Shown here: positions 1 through 13,449 of the stretch, piece by piece | Position numbering within the stretch: the stretch's first letter is position 1 | Layout: each line of letters opens with the position of its first letter | Notes under the pieces: generated by a model | What the model saw: only the letters and a program-made list of their open reading frames with translations | Told to the model about the DNA's origin: nothing | The model's database searches: none | From: Cyanophora paradoxa CCMP329 | Taxonomy: Eukaryota > Plantae > Glaucophyta | Assembly (NCBI GenBank): GCA_004431415.1 | Contig: QPMI01000120.1 | Span: forward strand, 30,186-94,185 | Direction: 5' to 3' | DNA length: 64,000 bases | Made by a program: the position numbers and the translations under genes

Positions 1-3000
1 CGACGCCGTCGAATCCGACCGCGCTGGCGCAGGTGCCCGCTGAACACGGTGGCGCCGCAGCTCGGCAGCGCCACGTGCGACGCATGCGAGCCGGGCTACG
101 TCTCCGACGCCAGCTCCCAGGTGCGCTGCGCTGGGGAATTCTAAAATTCGAAGCCCCTCTTGTGCGCTGACCCGTGAACCCCGCGGCGCCGGCCCGCAGA
201 ACTGCGTCCCGTGCGCGGCCTCGTTCTACCGGTCGGCGGAGATGGCGGCCTGCGAGCCGGTGCCGCCGAAGAGCGTCTCGGGCCCCGGGCAGGCGGCCCC
301 GACGCCCTGCGCCCCGGGCGCCGTCCCCAACGGCCCCAAGAGCGAGTGCATCCCCTGCCGCAAGGGCGCGTACGAGAACGACGGCTTCTGCGAGACGTGA
401 GCCCGGTTCCTCGCGCGTCGATCTCCAACTGACCCCTCTGCCTGCGGCGGCAGGTGCCCACACAACCACGTCTCGTCAGAGGACGGGGCCACCCTTTGCG
501 AGGCGTGCGCCCTGGGCTCCGTGGCGGCCGCCGACCAGCAGAGCTGCCGCCCCTGCGGCACCGGCTTCTACCGGCCCGCCGACTCGCCGGACTGCCTCCC
601 GGTACCCGCCGGCGCGGTCGCCCCCGCGGGCAGCCCTGCGTACGAGCTCTGCGGCGCGGGCTCCGTCCCCAACGGCCCCAAGTCCGAGTGCATCGACTGC
701 CGCCCGGGTGATATTCCCGTTCTACCGCGTGGGCCATCGATATCTCTCCTGACCCCGCGCGCGACCGCAGGCTCCTACCAGGTGGGCGAGGCCTGCGTGG
801 CGTGCGAGGCCAACAGCGCCGCGCCCCTGCCGGGCAGCACCTCCTGCGCGCCCTGCGGGGAGGGCTTCGCGTCGACCGCCGACGGCGAGAACTGCATTCG
901 TGCGCCGCGCGCGCCCCGCGCCGACTTCGACCGCGCCCGACGCGGCGCGGCGGCGGCGGCAGCATGCCCCGGGGGCTCCTACCGCCACGAGCCGATGGTC
1001 GAGTGCGGGCGGGCGCCGCGGGGGGCCGCCGCCCCGCCCGGCTCCCGCAACTACACCCTCTGCGCCCCGGGGCACGTCCCCAGCGCGGAGCGGACGTTGT
1101 GCGAGCGCTGCAGCCCCGGTGCGGCCCCCGCCCGCCTTCCGCGGCCCGCGCCGCCTGAGCGGGAGCCGGGCAGGGGCGGTCGAAATCGAGGGCCAGTGCG
1201 TGGCGTGCGTCGGTAACGCGTACTCGCCGGAGGCCGGCCTCGCTGCCTGCCTCGAGTGGTGCGGGCCGCCTCGGAGCGCCCTCGAAGAGAGATCTAGAGC
1301 TGACGCCGGGCAGCGCGCCGGGGACGGTGGTGGACCCCGACGGCCAGGGCTGCTCGTCCGCCCGCGGCCACCGGCCTTTCCGCGCGCCGCCCTCGGCTGA
1401 CGGGCGCGCAGGCCGTGCCCCGCGGGCATGTTCCGCTCGGCCAACATGTCCTCCTGCGCCGAGGTCCGCTCCGCAAGCGCTACGGCGGCTCCGCGCCCTC
1501 CGACGCTCTGCCCGCGCAGTGCCCCGCGGGCCACGTCTCGACGCCCGTCTCCGCCGCCTGCGTCCCTTGGTCCGAGAGGCCGCCGCGTTCGATCTGCAGT
1601 CACGAGCGCTGACCTTTTCGCGCGGCGCAGCGCGAACGGGACGGAGGCGAGCAAGGGGACGGAGTGCAACGTGTGCCGCGCGGGCTTCTTCTGCAGGCCG
1701 CCCGCCCCCACCGCGCCCTGCCCGGACGGCTCCTTCAGCCCGCCCCGCACCTCCGCCTGCACGCCGTGTGAGCGCGGCCACATCAGCAACGCGGACAGGT
1801 GCTTTCCTCTCTGGTTCTGTTTCTCCTCTTCCAACGCTCGAACGCCTCCTAGGACCCGGTGCGTGGAGTGCGCGAGCGGGACCTTCCAGCCGGACGGCTT
1901 GGTGCGGCCGCCTTTCCCATTACGCGAAAAGCAGCATTCGCTCACTCGCGCCCCTGCAGAACTCCTGCCTCCCGTGCAAGCTGGTGCCGGCTTCTTTGTG
2001 CATTTGCCAGCTGGGCGGCACCTGAGACCGCGGCCGCAGAACACGTGGGCCCCCCGCGGGACGGCCGGCCACTGCCTCGAGTGCCCCCTCGGGACATGGC
2101 CCGCCATCGACTCGACCAAGTGCATCCCGTGCGCTCTCCACTGACTCGCCGTCGAGCGCGAGGCGCGCCGCTGAAGGGGCGTGTGTTTGCTCCGCAGATG
2201 CGACTCGGGTGCGGAGCAGCGAGACGCGCATCGAGAGCGCGAGGGGCGCGGGGGCTTGCTGACGCGCTCGCTCCCCGCAGGCACCTTCATGCCCAACGGA
2301 ACGAATACATGCGTGCCGGTGCGCTGCGACATGGGCGCGAGGTTTCGCGGCCTCTGAGCCGTCGGCCAGTGCCCGCCGAGCCACTTCGCCCCGAAGGAGG
2401 GGACCCCCTCCCACTGCACCGAGTGCCCCGCCGTGCGCCCCGCGCCGCTCAGCGGCTTCACGCCCGTCCTCGCGCCGATCGCGAGCCCTCCTGCGCAGGG
2501 CTACTTCTCGGCGCCGGACCGCCGCTCCTGCGTGCCCTGCCCCCGCGTGCGCCCCGCGTGCTCGCCGCGGCGCCCCACCCTCGGGTTCGCGGCCGGGCGG
2601 CCCCTGTAACGGGCCGGGCGGGCGCAGGGCTCTTCGCGGGCGGCGGGCGCCGGCGCCCCCTCGGAGGCGTGCGAGAGGTGCCCCGCGGCGACCTTCGCGG
2701 GCCTCGAGGGCTCCGCCGCCTGCGCCGCCTGGTGCGCCCCCGCTCTCTCTCTCTTCGAACAGCGCCTCTTCGCTGACCGCGCCGCAGCCCCGCCGGCCAG
2801 GTCCCCACGGAGAGCCGCACGGAGTGCCGAAGTGAGCTTTGCGGTTGAAGCTTGAGCGCTCCGCGACCGACGCCTCCCCGCCACAGACTGCGAGGCGGGC
2901 TTCCACCCGAAGGGCGGGCTGTGCGCCCTCTGCGGCCCGCTCAACGTCTCCAGTGCCGGCGGTCCGCCCGCCTGCTGCGCTCCGCTGTGCAAGCCTCTAA

Positions 3001-6000
3001 GCGCCCGCGCAGACGCGGACTGCCACCGCTGCCAGTCGGGCTATGTGGCGAACGCGGCGCGCACGGCGTGCCAGCCGTGCCCCGCCGGCTACCAGCTGAA
3101 GCCCGGCGACGAGACCTGCACGCGGTGCCCGGCCAACGCGGTCTCTGGCGCCGGCTCTGTCTCCTGCACCGCCTGCGAGGCCGGAGCTGTGGTGCGCTCC
3201 GCGTTTGCGCTCGAGCTCGCCGAAGCCGCCGGACTCCAACGCCGCGAGCAGAGCGACGAGCTCGGGTCGTACTGCAAGCTGTGCGAGCCCGGCACGTTCC
3301 GCAACACCTCGATGCCCTACTGCACGCCCTGGTCCGCGCGCCCTTCTCGTTCGTCTTCTCTCTCGTGGCCCGGCCCTCACCTTCGCCCCACGATCATGAT
3401 CAGCCCGTCGGGCACGTTCGCGAAGGAGGCGGGCGCGGCGGCGTGCAAGGGCTGCGAGGAGGCGCAGCTCTGCCCCCTGGTGCGTGCTCGCGCCCCACGG
3501 CGCGCCGCGCGAGAGAAGAGAGCCGACGGCGGCGGGCGCAGGCGACATCGCAGCCGATCGACCTCTCCTTCTTCCGCAACCTCGTGGGGCAGGCCGCGCA
3601 GGACCTCGCCGGCCTCGCCTCCCGGTCCGCTCTGCGGCTCTCGGCTGTGCATGCGCTCTGCGGCTCACGTCTCTGCAGGAGGCGGCTGCGCGCGCTGCGG
3701 GGGGCCCGCAGGGGTCTGCTCGGCGCGGCGGCCGCCGAGGTTGCGCGATCCGCGGCGGATGAGGAGGTGACGCTGCTGACGGAGGCAGTCGTGTACGACA
3801 CGAACGCCGCCAATGTCACCCGCGCGGTCCGCGGCACCAATAGCCGCCTCCCCAGCAGCGGACTTGACAGCGCGGGCGCAGGAGATCCGGACGGAGCAGG
3901 TGGCGCTGCAGCGGCTGTACCGCATTATGGGGGCCCTTGCGGGGGCGGTCGGCGGCCTCCTCCTCCTCTCCGGCCTCGCGATGGCCTGCTACATCCGCCG
4001 CGGCCTCTCCGTCCGCCCCTCTTTTATTGCTCCCCCGAGCGACCTCCCCGAGCGCCGCGGCAGGTCCGGCCCCGCGGCCGCCCGGTGCAGGGCGCCGCCG
4101 CGGCGGACGCGGGGGCGAGGGAGGCGAGGCGGCTGCAGCGGCGGGCCACGGTGCGCGCGCCTGCGGGCGACTCCTCTCGGCCGAACGCGCGCGAGCGTGA
4201 CCCGCGCGGCAGCTGGCCAAGCTGGACCTGCTGTTCACGGAGGACGTCGCGGCGGCCAAGCGGCCGGTCGCCGAGCGAATCGCGGTGCGGAGGGCGCAGC
4301 GGGCGGCGGAGGCGGAGGCGGAGGCGGAGCGGGCGGCGGGCGGCGGGCGGCGGGCGAGCGAAGCGGACGTGGCGATCGTGTCGAAGAGCGGGATGGCGGA
4401 CCTCCTGCAGATCGCCCTCGACGAGCGGCCCGCGCACCCGCCCTCGCCCCGCGCCCCCGGGGAGCCGCGCGAGGGGCCTCGGGCGCCCGAATTCGAAGAG
4501 AGTCCGAAGTCCGTCGCGGGCGCCGTCGCGACACTCGTCGCCGTCGGCCTCGCCCTCCTCGCCGGTGCGCCCGCCGCGCTAGGCTCTCGCGCCTCTCGCG
4601 CTGACGCCTCCCCCGCGCAGCGGCCTTCGTCATACTCCAATTCGTGCGGGCGGCCCGCCTGCAGCGCCGCGCCCGCCGCTCACGCCCGGCCGCGCGCAGG
4701 CGATCGCGAACTACGAAGTCGTGCAGACGCTGCTGCCCGGCACGTCGCCCTCGGCTGCAGCAATCGCCGGCCCCGTCGAGGTCTCCGCCAGCTTCCTCGG
4801 CTGGTCCGGTGCGCCCCTCGCACGTCCCCCGCCTGCCGCGGCTCGTTTGACGCCGCGGCCAGCGGCGCGCGCATGCGTGGTGCGGCGGGAGGCGGCGGTG
4901 AACAGCTCCCTCTCGCTCGGGGCGGCGAACGCGACGGAGGAGGGGGCGGTCGTCACGTGGCGCAACATCGTCCCCCTCGACGGGTCGCCCCCGCCCGCCG
5001 CCACCGCCGCCTACGACGCCCCCCAGCGCGCCTGCCGGTGCGCCCCCACCGGGCCGCCCCCGCCGCCAGCGCCTCGCTCACGCGCACGGGGCAGGGTGAC
5101 GTGGCGATGCGAGAGTTGCCGGATCGCGTCGACGTCGACGGTGGGCTCGGGGGGGGCGGAGGACGTGGCGGTCGACTTCCGCCTCGTCGCCCGCACCGCC
5201 TTTGCCCTCGCCCTCCGCTACTCCGTCATGGTGCCGCCTCCGCTTCTTTGGCGGAGCTCGAGCGGGGCTGAGTTCGAGGCCGCGCAGGTCCCCGCGTACG
5301 CGTCGATCAGCGGCGCGGTGACGACGCACGCGTACGCGGGCGCGTCGGAGCGGCTGGCGGTCTTCCGCGGCACGCGGCCCGTGACCGTCCCCGTGCTCCT
5401 CACGCCGCTCCACTTCGAGAACGCGGCGGACGGGTGGCCGCAGTACGACGCGGCGCTGCAGCAGGCCGACAACCGCCCCGCCGAGCTCGACGAGACCTCC
5501 TTCGTGCGCAGGGGAGGGGAGGGCCGGGAAGCGCGGCCTTCGAGGCGGAGGAGCTGACCGGGGCGGCGCGCAGGGCCTCTGCTCGCTGACGCGGCAGCTG
5601 TCGGAGCCCGAGTGCGCTGTGGAGGCGGTCGGCTTCCGCGCCGCCCTCGGCGTCAACGACGTCTACCTCCTCGTCCGCCCCGCCGCCCGGCCCACCACAG
5701 CGAAGCCGCGCTGACGGGCGGCAGGTGTCGCGGGTGACGAGGGCGAGCGCGCTGGACGCGCTGGCAGACGTCGCGTCGCTGGCGGGCGCCGCCCTCGCCC
5801 TCGGCGGTCAGCTCGTCGTCTCCTACTACGCCGCCCTCAGCGCCTACGCCGTCCGCCTCCAAAGCGCGATTGCGCTTCGCGGCGAATTGACGCCTGGGGC
5901 CGCAGATGCGCCGCGAGATTCTGGAGCGGGTCCGGGCAGCTGCCGGCCGCGGGGGATCCGGAGGCGAAAAGCGGGCCGCGCCCCTCAACGCCCTTCCGGC

Positions 6001-6961
6001 CCCGGAGCCGCCCGCGCCGCCGCCGCAGGCGACGCCCGTTCGGCGGGCGCGGACCGCCTCGATGGTCGAGATCGGCCAGCACGCGCCGCCGTCGGGGCCG
6101 GAGCCGCCACCCGTTCGGCGCGCGCGGGCCGCCTCGATGGTCGAGATCGGCCAGCACGTGCACGCGCCGCCGTCGGGGCCGGAGCCGCCACCCGTCCGGC
6201 GCGCGCGGACCGCCTCGATGGTCGAGATCGGCCAGCACGCGCCGCCGTCGGGGCCGGAGCCGCCGCCCGTCCGGCGCGCGCGGGCCGCCTCGATGGTCGA
6301 GATCGGCCAGCACGCGCCGCCGTCGGGGCCGGAGCCGCCGCCCGTCCGGCGCGCGCGGGCCGCCTCGATGGTGGACGTCGCCCTTGCCGCGCCGGCCGCG
6401 CCCGCGAGGCCGCCGGCGCCCCCGCCCGAGCACCTGACGCCCCACGGCATCCGGCAGGGGCGCTCCAACTCCCTCCCGCTCCTCTTCGACCCCGCGCCCC
6501 AGCCCGCCCCGCCGCCCGTCAGCGCCGCCCCCGTGCAGTCCCGGCCGCCGTCGACCGGCGCAGCCGCGGCAGGCGGCGCCCGGGCGCTCGTGCGGCGGTA
6601 CAGCTTCCTCGGGCCGGCCTCCCGCTCGAGCTCGGCCTCGGCCTCGGCGCTGGCGCCGGCGTCGAGCGCGCCGCAGCCACGCTCGGAGGCCTCGCTGCCG
6701 GAAGCGAGCGGCTCGCGCCGGCACAGCGTCGTGCAGGCGGTCGTCGTCGACGACCGGCGCGCCGAGCCCGACTCCGGCCGGTCCCAGCCTCCCCCCCGCT
6801 CCGTGCCCCTCCTCTCCCCGCTCTGGGCCGCCGCCGAGGACCCCGCGCCGCCGCCAGCCGGGACGCCGGGAGAGGAGGCGGAGCCTGCTCCGCTTACCGT
6901 CCAGACTTCTGCGGCCGCGGAAGGCCAGACGCCGTTCCCTCATGATCAAGTCATTCTCTAG
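1..6961 (+). CDS. Multi-exon Cys-rich repeat (GCC2/GCC3, ephrin-receptor-like) multi-pass membrane protein, 5' end outside window
   Basis: Exons encode repeated CxxCxxG(Y/F) units (e.g. CIPCRKGAY, CRPCGTGFY, CKLCEPGTF), separated by short GT-AG introns (e.g. 121-199) with CTGAC branch points. Hydrophobic segments IMGALAGAVGGLLLLSGLAMACYI (~3925-3995), SVAGAVATLVAVGLALLA+AAFVILQF (~4510-4640) and DVASLAGAALALGGQLVV (~5770-5820) follow. The last exon 5906-6961 is Pro/Ser/Arg-rich. Confidence 0.75.
6035..6372 (+). repeat. Coding tandem repeat, 75-bp unit x ~4.5 (PVRRAR[T/A]ASMVEIGQHAPPSGPEPP)
   Basis: Direct repeats visible in DNA and in ORF 5906..6961; unit 2 carries an extra GTGCAC (VH). Confidence 0.9.
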
Positions 6962-8211
6962 CCCAAACTCTTCTGAACCCGCCGCGCGCTTCGCGTTTTC
7001 TCCCTGACACTCCCGAATCTACACGTGCACCATTTTATGCTCCTCAAAGCCTCTTGCATCATAGTACAGATTTATATCTATGTGTAGCTATCTAAAATGT
7101 ATCAACTGCGGCAACCGGCCGGGGGTATTCGAATTGGAGACCGGGCAAATTAAATTTAAGAGGACTCGATCTGATCGAAGGCCGGCTCCGAACTCTGCGC
7201 CTCGATCGCTTGCGAAGTCGCTCGAGCATGCAGCAATCGATTAATATAAATGGGCCGGGGCCGCCGGGCGCGAGGCGAGCCTCGGAGTGCTAGGAGAAAA
7301 GAGGAGATCTAGAGGAGACTTTGCGAATGCGAAGAAAGGAGACTACGATAGGAGGAGCATACTCTGATCAAGAGAGCTAGGAGCTAAAGGCGCCGGCCGG
7401 CTTTGAGAGGAAAATTAAGTTGTTTTTTTTGAAGCACTACGGGGGGTGAACCCCTCACGTAGGTAGTATCGATCATTCAATGAATGAGATACGCGATCGA
7501 TATCTCGATTGATCTAGAGGCAGTTAAGATTTACTGATCATTAGTCACGTGGCCCCTCCAGCTGGTTCAGCCGCAGCGCCCCGCCCCGCACCGCCTGTGG
7601 CTGCCGCAGCGCCGGCGGCGGCAGCAGCCCCGAGCCCTCGCCCGCCGGCCCCCACTCAGTCTTGATCGCAGGCGCCATCATGGCATGCCAGCACTGCGGC
7701 GAGTTCAGGCAACGAAGGACAGGGCGGCCCGGCGGCCGCATCGGCGAAGAGAGGGCCCGTCTCGCAGTAGGCCACGCCGCTCCGTCGCGATCCTCCGTTG
7801 GGCACTGCGCCCCGCCAGGGCTCGCACAGCGCCCGCGCCGCCGCCTAGTCCCTGCTGCGCGCGGTCAGCGGTGGCTAGGAGAAAGACGGCGAAGGGGTCA
7901 CCCGTGGACGTCGAACGGCGGCGGCGGGCGGCGGCGCGAGGAAGTTCAGCGAGGAGCCGCCCTCCGCGAAGAGCGTGCAGCTGCAGGCCTGCGCCTCGTA
8001 CGCCCACCGCGCGCGGGCCGCTGGCCCTGGCTCATGATCACCTCAACGAGAAAGCTTCAGCTTGATGGCGCCGAGAGTAAAAGGGAGCTGCGGCCGAGGT
8101 GGAGAGACGCTGTCGCAGCCGAAGACGAAAAGGCTGCCGCGCCGCAGTCAGCGCCGAGCATCGGAACTGCGCGGAACGCGGCGCACGAGTGCTCGACCAG
8201 CGACCGCCGCG

Positions 8212-8999
8212 CTACGTCTTGGGGCCGGCGGCGCCGCCGACGCTCGCCTCCAGGTGCGAGAGGGGGATGTCGACGTGCGCGAACTTCTCAGAGATCGTTC
8301 CGGACTGCGAGCGCTCTCGTGAGCCGCCCGCGCTTGAAAGCGGAGCCGGACGTGGCGCACGATCTCGTTGTAGTTCTTCAGCTGCAGGAAGGCTTCGAGC
8401 CGCCCGTCGAGCAGCGCGGCTGCCTCCTGCTGCTCCGCGCGCATCGCCTCCAGCGGCTTCCAAGTTCAGCCGCTGCGCTATCGCCGGCACGCCTGCGCGG
8501 TCGGCGTCAAGTCGGAGGAAGCGCTAGCGAGGCGCGTGGCGCGATGGGCGCGCGCGCCCTCGAGGCCGCGGGCTTCACGAACTTCTGCAGCTTCGAGGTG
8601 GTCTCCACGTGCCCCGCGGCCTCCCTGAGCATCTCCTCGTTCGCCAGCTGCAGGATGATCGCCGCCTTCGTCTCGCTGTTCAGGAAGCTGAGCTCGAGGT
8701 CCGCGTCCAGCGAGAGCGACGGGTCCAGCTGCGCGTCTGCGGGACGAACGGCGCGTGAGGACGGACCGGAAGGTGCGTGTGCGTGCGAAGTAGGCGCCGC
8801 TCGCACATTTGCGAAAGAAGTCGGCGGCCGCTCGCACATTTGCTTCCTTGGACTCGACGCCCTTGTACATGTACAGCGCCTCGACCTCCGCGATGGCGTC
8901 CCGCGCGCTTCGCCCGTCGATGACGCCCCGCGCGTCGCCCGCCGCGCCGACGGCCGCCTCGAACGCCGCCAGCCGAGCCTCCAGTGCCGCGATGCTCAT
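8212..8999 (-). CDS. DCTN3: Dynactin subunit p22/p24-like protein (spliced; possibly decaying)
   Basis: Joined exons read MSIAALEARLAAFEAAVG...ETKAAIIL(QL)ANEEML...VPAIAQRL...QQEAAALLDGRLEAFL(QL)KNYNEI...ISEKFAHVDIPLSHLE. This matches the recalled DCTN3 pattern (N-terminal LExRxxxLE, KxxxILA, YNxxxxxxSxxFxxxDxxLxxLE). Confidence 0.6.
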
Positions 9000-10233
9000 C
9001 GCCTGCTTCGCGGGTCGTGCGGCCGGTGCCCGGAAGCGATTGTAGCGCGCTGGCACTTGGAGAGGGCTAGCGCGCGCTGGCTGGCCTCGTTTTCGGGCCA
9101 GAGAGACCCAGGGGGGAACGAGCGCCGGGGGGAATGAGCGCTGGGGGGAGTACAGGCGTCACAGAGCCAGTCGACCTACAGAAGCGGCTCTGCGGCCAGC
9201 GGCGGCCTCCAGCTGTGCATTCCTGGCGTACGAGGACCGTCTCGCTGCGCTGGCGCCCTGGGATAGCGGCCTCGCCGCCGGATAGCGCTTCTGGCGTCCG
9301 CACGCCGCGGCGCGCGCCGCAAACATCGGACGAACAATGGGTGAGCTCCAGTCTTCGTCCGCATTGCTCGCGGACAACTGCGGCGTCGTCGCGCCGTCGC
9401 CGCTTTCTTCTGCTCACCGCCACTTGCGCAGGGCTCTTCGCCTTCCACGAGGTGGACCTTTCCAAGGTCGACGGTGAAGCCTTAGGGACGGCCGCCATGG
9501 GGCGCGCGGCCGAGTCTCTCGGCCGCGCGGCAGAGAACCTCAGCGATTCCGTCGGCCGCGCGGCAGAGAACCTCAGCGATTCCGTCGGCCGCGCGGCAGA
9601 GAACCTCAGCGATTCCGTCGGCAACACCATTGCCCAATGTGCGCCCGCTCCTTCGCCTCGCAATTCCGCATCCGATCTTCGCCGCAGACACGCCCGGGAA
9701 AATCATACTCGGCCTCGTCCTCATCGTCACCGTTCCCTTCGTTACGATCAGTGCGCCCAAGCCCCCATCCACTTCTCATGAATGCGAAATCAGAAGCGCG
9801 CGCGCGCAGAGGTTGTCGATGCGATCATCAGCGGGGTGAAGGAGCAGAAGCACCGAGTGGCGCACGAGCACGGGGTCGTCCGCGTCCAGCGCGCCGACCA
9901 GTAGAAACTGATCATGACGAGTCGACTTCGTGCCCTACCTTCTTCAGCGGGATTCGATGTACCTGTACAGACGCTTGCAATTGAAATTGATCGACCCTTC
10001 TCCACCTGTACAGCTGCTCGCCCTTCAACGGTTCGCATGCGTTTCGTGCTGCGATGAGCGACGTGCATGCGAACTGCCATTCCAGCCGCCAGGCTGTAGC
10101 CGCCCCGGGCCCGGCCTGCCCTCGCTTCATCGCGGACCTCGCTCGCACAAACTTGAAAGCTACAGTCAACAGAAGAGCTCATGCTGCCAGGCGCCGAGGG
10201 CGGGGGCGCAGGGGGAACGGCGCAGCGGCCCGC
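8697..10233. repeat. Segmental duplication copy 1 (partner 18487-19982, same orientation)
   Basis: Near-identical ~1.5 kb block from aggtccgcgtccagcgagagcgac to ggcgcagcggcccgc; ORFs 9134..9781 and 18920..19534 are paralogous. Confidence 0.95.
9337..9904 (+). CDS. Small 4-exon single-pass membrane protein with 10-aa GRAAENLSDS repeats (copy 1)
   Basis: ATG at 9337; three GT-AG introns splice in frame to MGLFAFHEVDLSKVDG...(GRAAENLSDSV)x3...YTPGKIILGLVLIVTVPFVTIKVVDAIISGVKEQKHRVAHEHGVVRVQRADQ*. Confidence 0.65.
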
Positions 10234-10489
10234 CCCGCGCGTCAGCGAGGGTCACGACCTGGAAGCCAGGGCCGAAGCGCATCCGCCTCCCCGGGCCCCA
10301 CTCGTCCGCTTCGGGGCCGTCAGCAAGGCCGGAAGGGAGAGGGGGCGGAGCTCGAGGGCACCGCATGCAGTACTAATGATGGTCATGAGAATTGATCATG
10401 AAGCCTGGAAAAGATCTCGACCTTTAAAATTTTTAACTGCGTTTCGACAAGAATGTTTCATTTGAAATATATTCGCAATACACCATGCC

Positions 10490-10900
10490 TTCGCCCCGCG
10501 AGCCCCGCCGCGCGCCGCGCCTCCCCCCGCCCGGCGAGCCTCGCCGCCGTCGGCGCCGCCGCCCGCCGCGCCTCCGCCCCGCTCCGCGGGCAGCCGCGCC
10601 GCCCGCAGCGCCTCCACCCCGCTCCGCGAGCTGCCGCACCGCCCGCCGCGCCCCCGCTCCGCTTCGCGCGCAGTGCCGCCGCCCGCCGCGCCTCCGACCC
10701 GCCCGGCGAGCCGCGCCGCCGCCCGCCGCGCCTTCGCCCCGCCCGGCGAGCCGCGCCGTAGCCCGCAGCCTGGCCGCCGCGGCGCGCCTCCGCTTCGCTC
10801 GCCAAGCCGCGCCACTGTTGACCGCCGGCGTCCGCTCCGCCTCCGTCCCGCCTGCCCGGCCGAGCCGCGCCGCTGCCCGTTTCGCCTCCGCCCCGCCAAT
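10490..10900. repeat. Degenerate GC-rich minisatellite (~39-bp unit)
   Basis: Repeating cgcccgccgcgcctccgccccgcccggcgagccgcgc-like units; the reverse complement resembles the array at 19985-20500. Confidence 0.7.
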
Positions 10901-11859
10901 TGCAAGCGAGCTAGCCGATCCGATCCGGAGCCGCCCGCTGCCAGCGCGCTCGAGCTCCGCCCTGCCCAACGAGCTGCCTCAGTCAAACCGAGCCGGTTCA
11001 ACGCCCTGCCAACAAGCTGTCTAGATCTCGGTCAAACGCAGCTGCAGCCGAGCTGGGCCCGCAGCCCGCGGCCGGGGCCGGGAAAGCTGCGCGCGTCGCC
11101 CGGCAGTGCATCACGACGTGAAGTCGGTGATCATGATCATCGATATATACCAGCAGCGGCTCCGGTCGCTCGGAGCTCGATCGACATCGCGCGCCGAGTC
11201 GTAGCCCTCCGCTTTAATCGGCCTTGGGGAAAGGAGAGGCCCTTATATTAGGTCTGTGCCTAGTACGCGCTGCATGCGCGGCCACATGTCGCCGTTGGGC
11301 GGCGCGACGGGCGCGTAGCCCGCGGGGTACTTGAAAAAGATATCGACGACAGGGAAAAGTCTGTCTTGCGAACTGGCCGGCTTGGACGTGACAGAAAATC
11401 CGACGCGTACGGGGTAGCAGCTTACTACAGCAAGGGGGGGAAAGCAGTTGCGCTGCTGATCACGCGCAGCGCTAGCCAGCAGTTGAGCCGACGTTCGGAC
11501 TGGGGCCTGCGCGGTGCCGCACCACGTTCGAATTCAACGCTCCAAGGGCTCCGGATTCTGGTCCTGGTCGACGTCCGGTCAACTTTGGGCGCCGCGCGCG
11601 GGCGCTTCTCGGCCTAGCTTCGAGCTCGCGCCGAGCTCGGAGGCGGCGGCCACATGTACAGCGCTAGCTATAGCTAGCTATGCGGCCTGTGCATATGCCG
11701 CACCTGGCGCATCCGCCGCGGTTGAAGCGCGCGCGGGATGGCGACGCGGGCGGGATCGATATCCGCGAGCTGCAGATGCGTCCTCCACTCCAGGTGCACG
11801 CGCCGGGCGCCCGGCGTCGCCCGGAGGATGGTCTGACGGTCTCGCGTAGCTGCACGAGG

Positions 11860-13160
11860 CGCTCGAAGCCGCGGCGAATACCATCAACGTGGTTATCTCG
11901 GCGCTCACCTCGCTCCGCATCGTGGACCTTGATTTGGATGTGGCGGTCGGCGCGAAGGCCTCGCTCTCCCCTGCCTCGGAAACGCTCTTGGACTCCGTCA
12001 CGCCTCACCTCGTCGCCGCCTCACCCTCGCCGGCCAGGGACACGCCACTGCTGCTCTCGGCACCGCCGCTGGCGCCGTCGCGGCGACTGCGGCCGCTGGC
12101 GCTCAATCCGGCAGCGCTCGCGGCCGAGGGCCCGGTCACTCTATGCGCGACTCAGTGGGCCCTGCCGCCGTACCGCGTCCGGTTCTTCGAAGCCGAGCGT
12201 CTCGCGGCCGCGGCCGCCGCCGCCGCCGAATCCCTCCGCCTCTGCCCGCCCGGCGGTCCCGAGCTGGCCGACAGCCGCTACCGCCTCGCCCGCGCCCTCG
12301 CCGACGCGCGCCTCCTCGGGACGGCCCTCTTTCGCACCCTCTTCGGGCGGACCCGCCTCCGCGGCTACTTCCGCGTCCTGCGCGAGTCCTCCCGCCCCGA
12401 AGGCAGCCCCGCGGGGGCCCGCTTGGCGCGCCGCCCCACCCCGGCCCCCGCCCCGCCCTTCTAGGCTTCTAAGCTTCCATGCGCCCGCCCCGCCCCGCCC
12501 CGCCCCGCCCCGCCCCAACCCGCCCCAACCCGCCCCGCCCCGCCCCGCCCCGCCCCGCCCCGCCCGCCCCGCCCCGCTCCGCCCCGCCCTGCCCCGCCCC
12601 GCCCCGCCCCGCCCCGCCCCTCCCCGCCCCGCCCCGCCCCGCCCCGCCCCGCCCCGCCCCGCCCCGCACCGCCCGCCCGCCCCGCCCCGCCCGCCCCGCC
12701 CCGCCCCGCCCCGCCCTGCCCCGCCCTGCCCCGCCCCGCCCCAACCCGCCCCGCCCCGCCCCGCCCTGCCCCGCCCTGCCCCGCCCCGCCCTCCCCGCCC
12801 CGCCCCGCCCCGCCCCGCCCCGCCCCGCCCCGCCCCGCCCCGCCCCGCCCCGCCCTGCCCCGCCGCGCCCCGCCCCTCCCCGCCCCGCCCCGCCCCAACC
12901 CGCCCCGCCCCGCCCCGCCCCGCCCCGCCCCGCCAGCGAGCGTATCGGCGGCAGGTGCGCGCGATCGTGCGGGCCCTGGCCCAGAGCCTTCTCGAGCCGC
13001 TCCATCCCCCCCCGGACGCCCCCGCCCCCCCCGGGCCCGGCTGGACCGTGTCGGACGCCGAGGTACCCCCCTCTCCTCGCCCCCTCCCCCTCCCCCGGCC
13101 CGCCCATTCAAGCCGCCTCGCAGATTCTCGTGGACCACAGCTTTGCACTGGCCCGGGTAC
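11860..13160 (+). CDS. Hypothetical spliced gene fragment
   Basis: Coding-like exons (VISALTSLRIVDLDLD...LARALADARLLGTALFRTLFGRTRLRGYFRVLRE; RAYRRQVRAIVRALAQSLLE) flank the CCCCG tract, which ends in an AG acceptor. Confidence 0.3.
12484..12933. repeat. (CCCCG)n pentamer microsatellite, ~450 bp, probably intronic, G-quadruplex-prone on minus strand
   Basis: Direct reading of the sequence. Confidence 0.95.
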
Positions 13161-13449
13161 GTGGCGCGCGCCGGGGGGTGGGGGGGTAATGGGAGGAAGG
13201 GGTGAGGGCGAGGCCGCCCCAACGGGCCGAGCGGCGCGCGGGTACCGTACGCGCAGGCGGCGACATGGGAGGCCCCCAACGCCATGTCGGACCTCTTCGA
13301 AATGGAGTGGGATCAGGCCGCTCAGGTGAGCGCCTCGAGACCCCTTCAGACGCCTTCTTTCGGCTTGGCGAACCAGGCCTAGTCGAATCGCTAGCTAGAT
13401 AGCTCGCTGCGAAATCGCGTCCCGCGCCCCCTCGCCGCCGCATCGTGCC

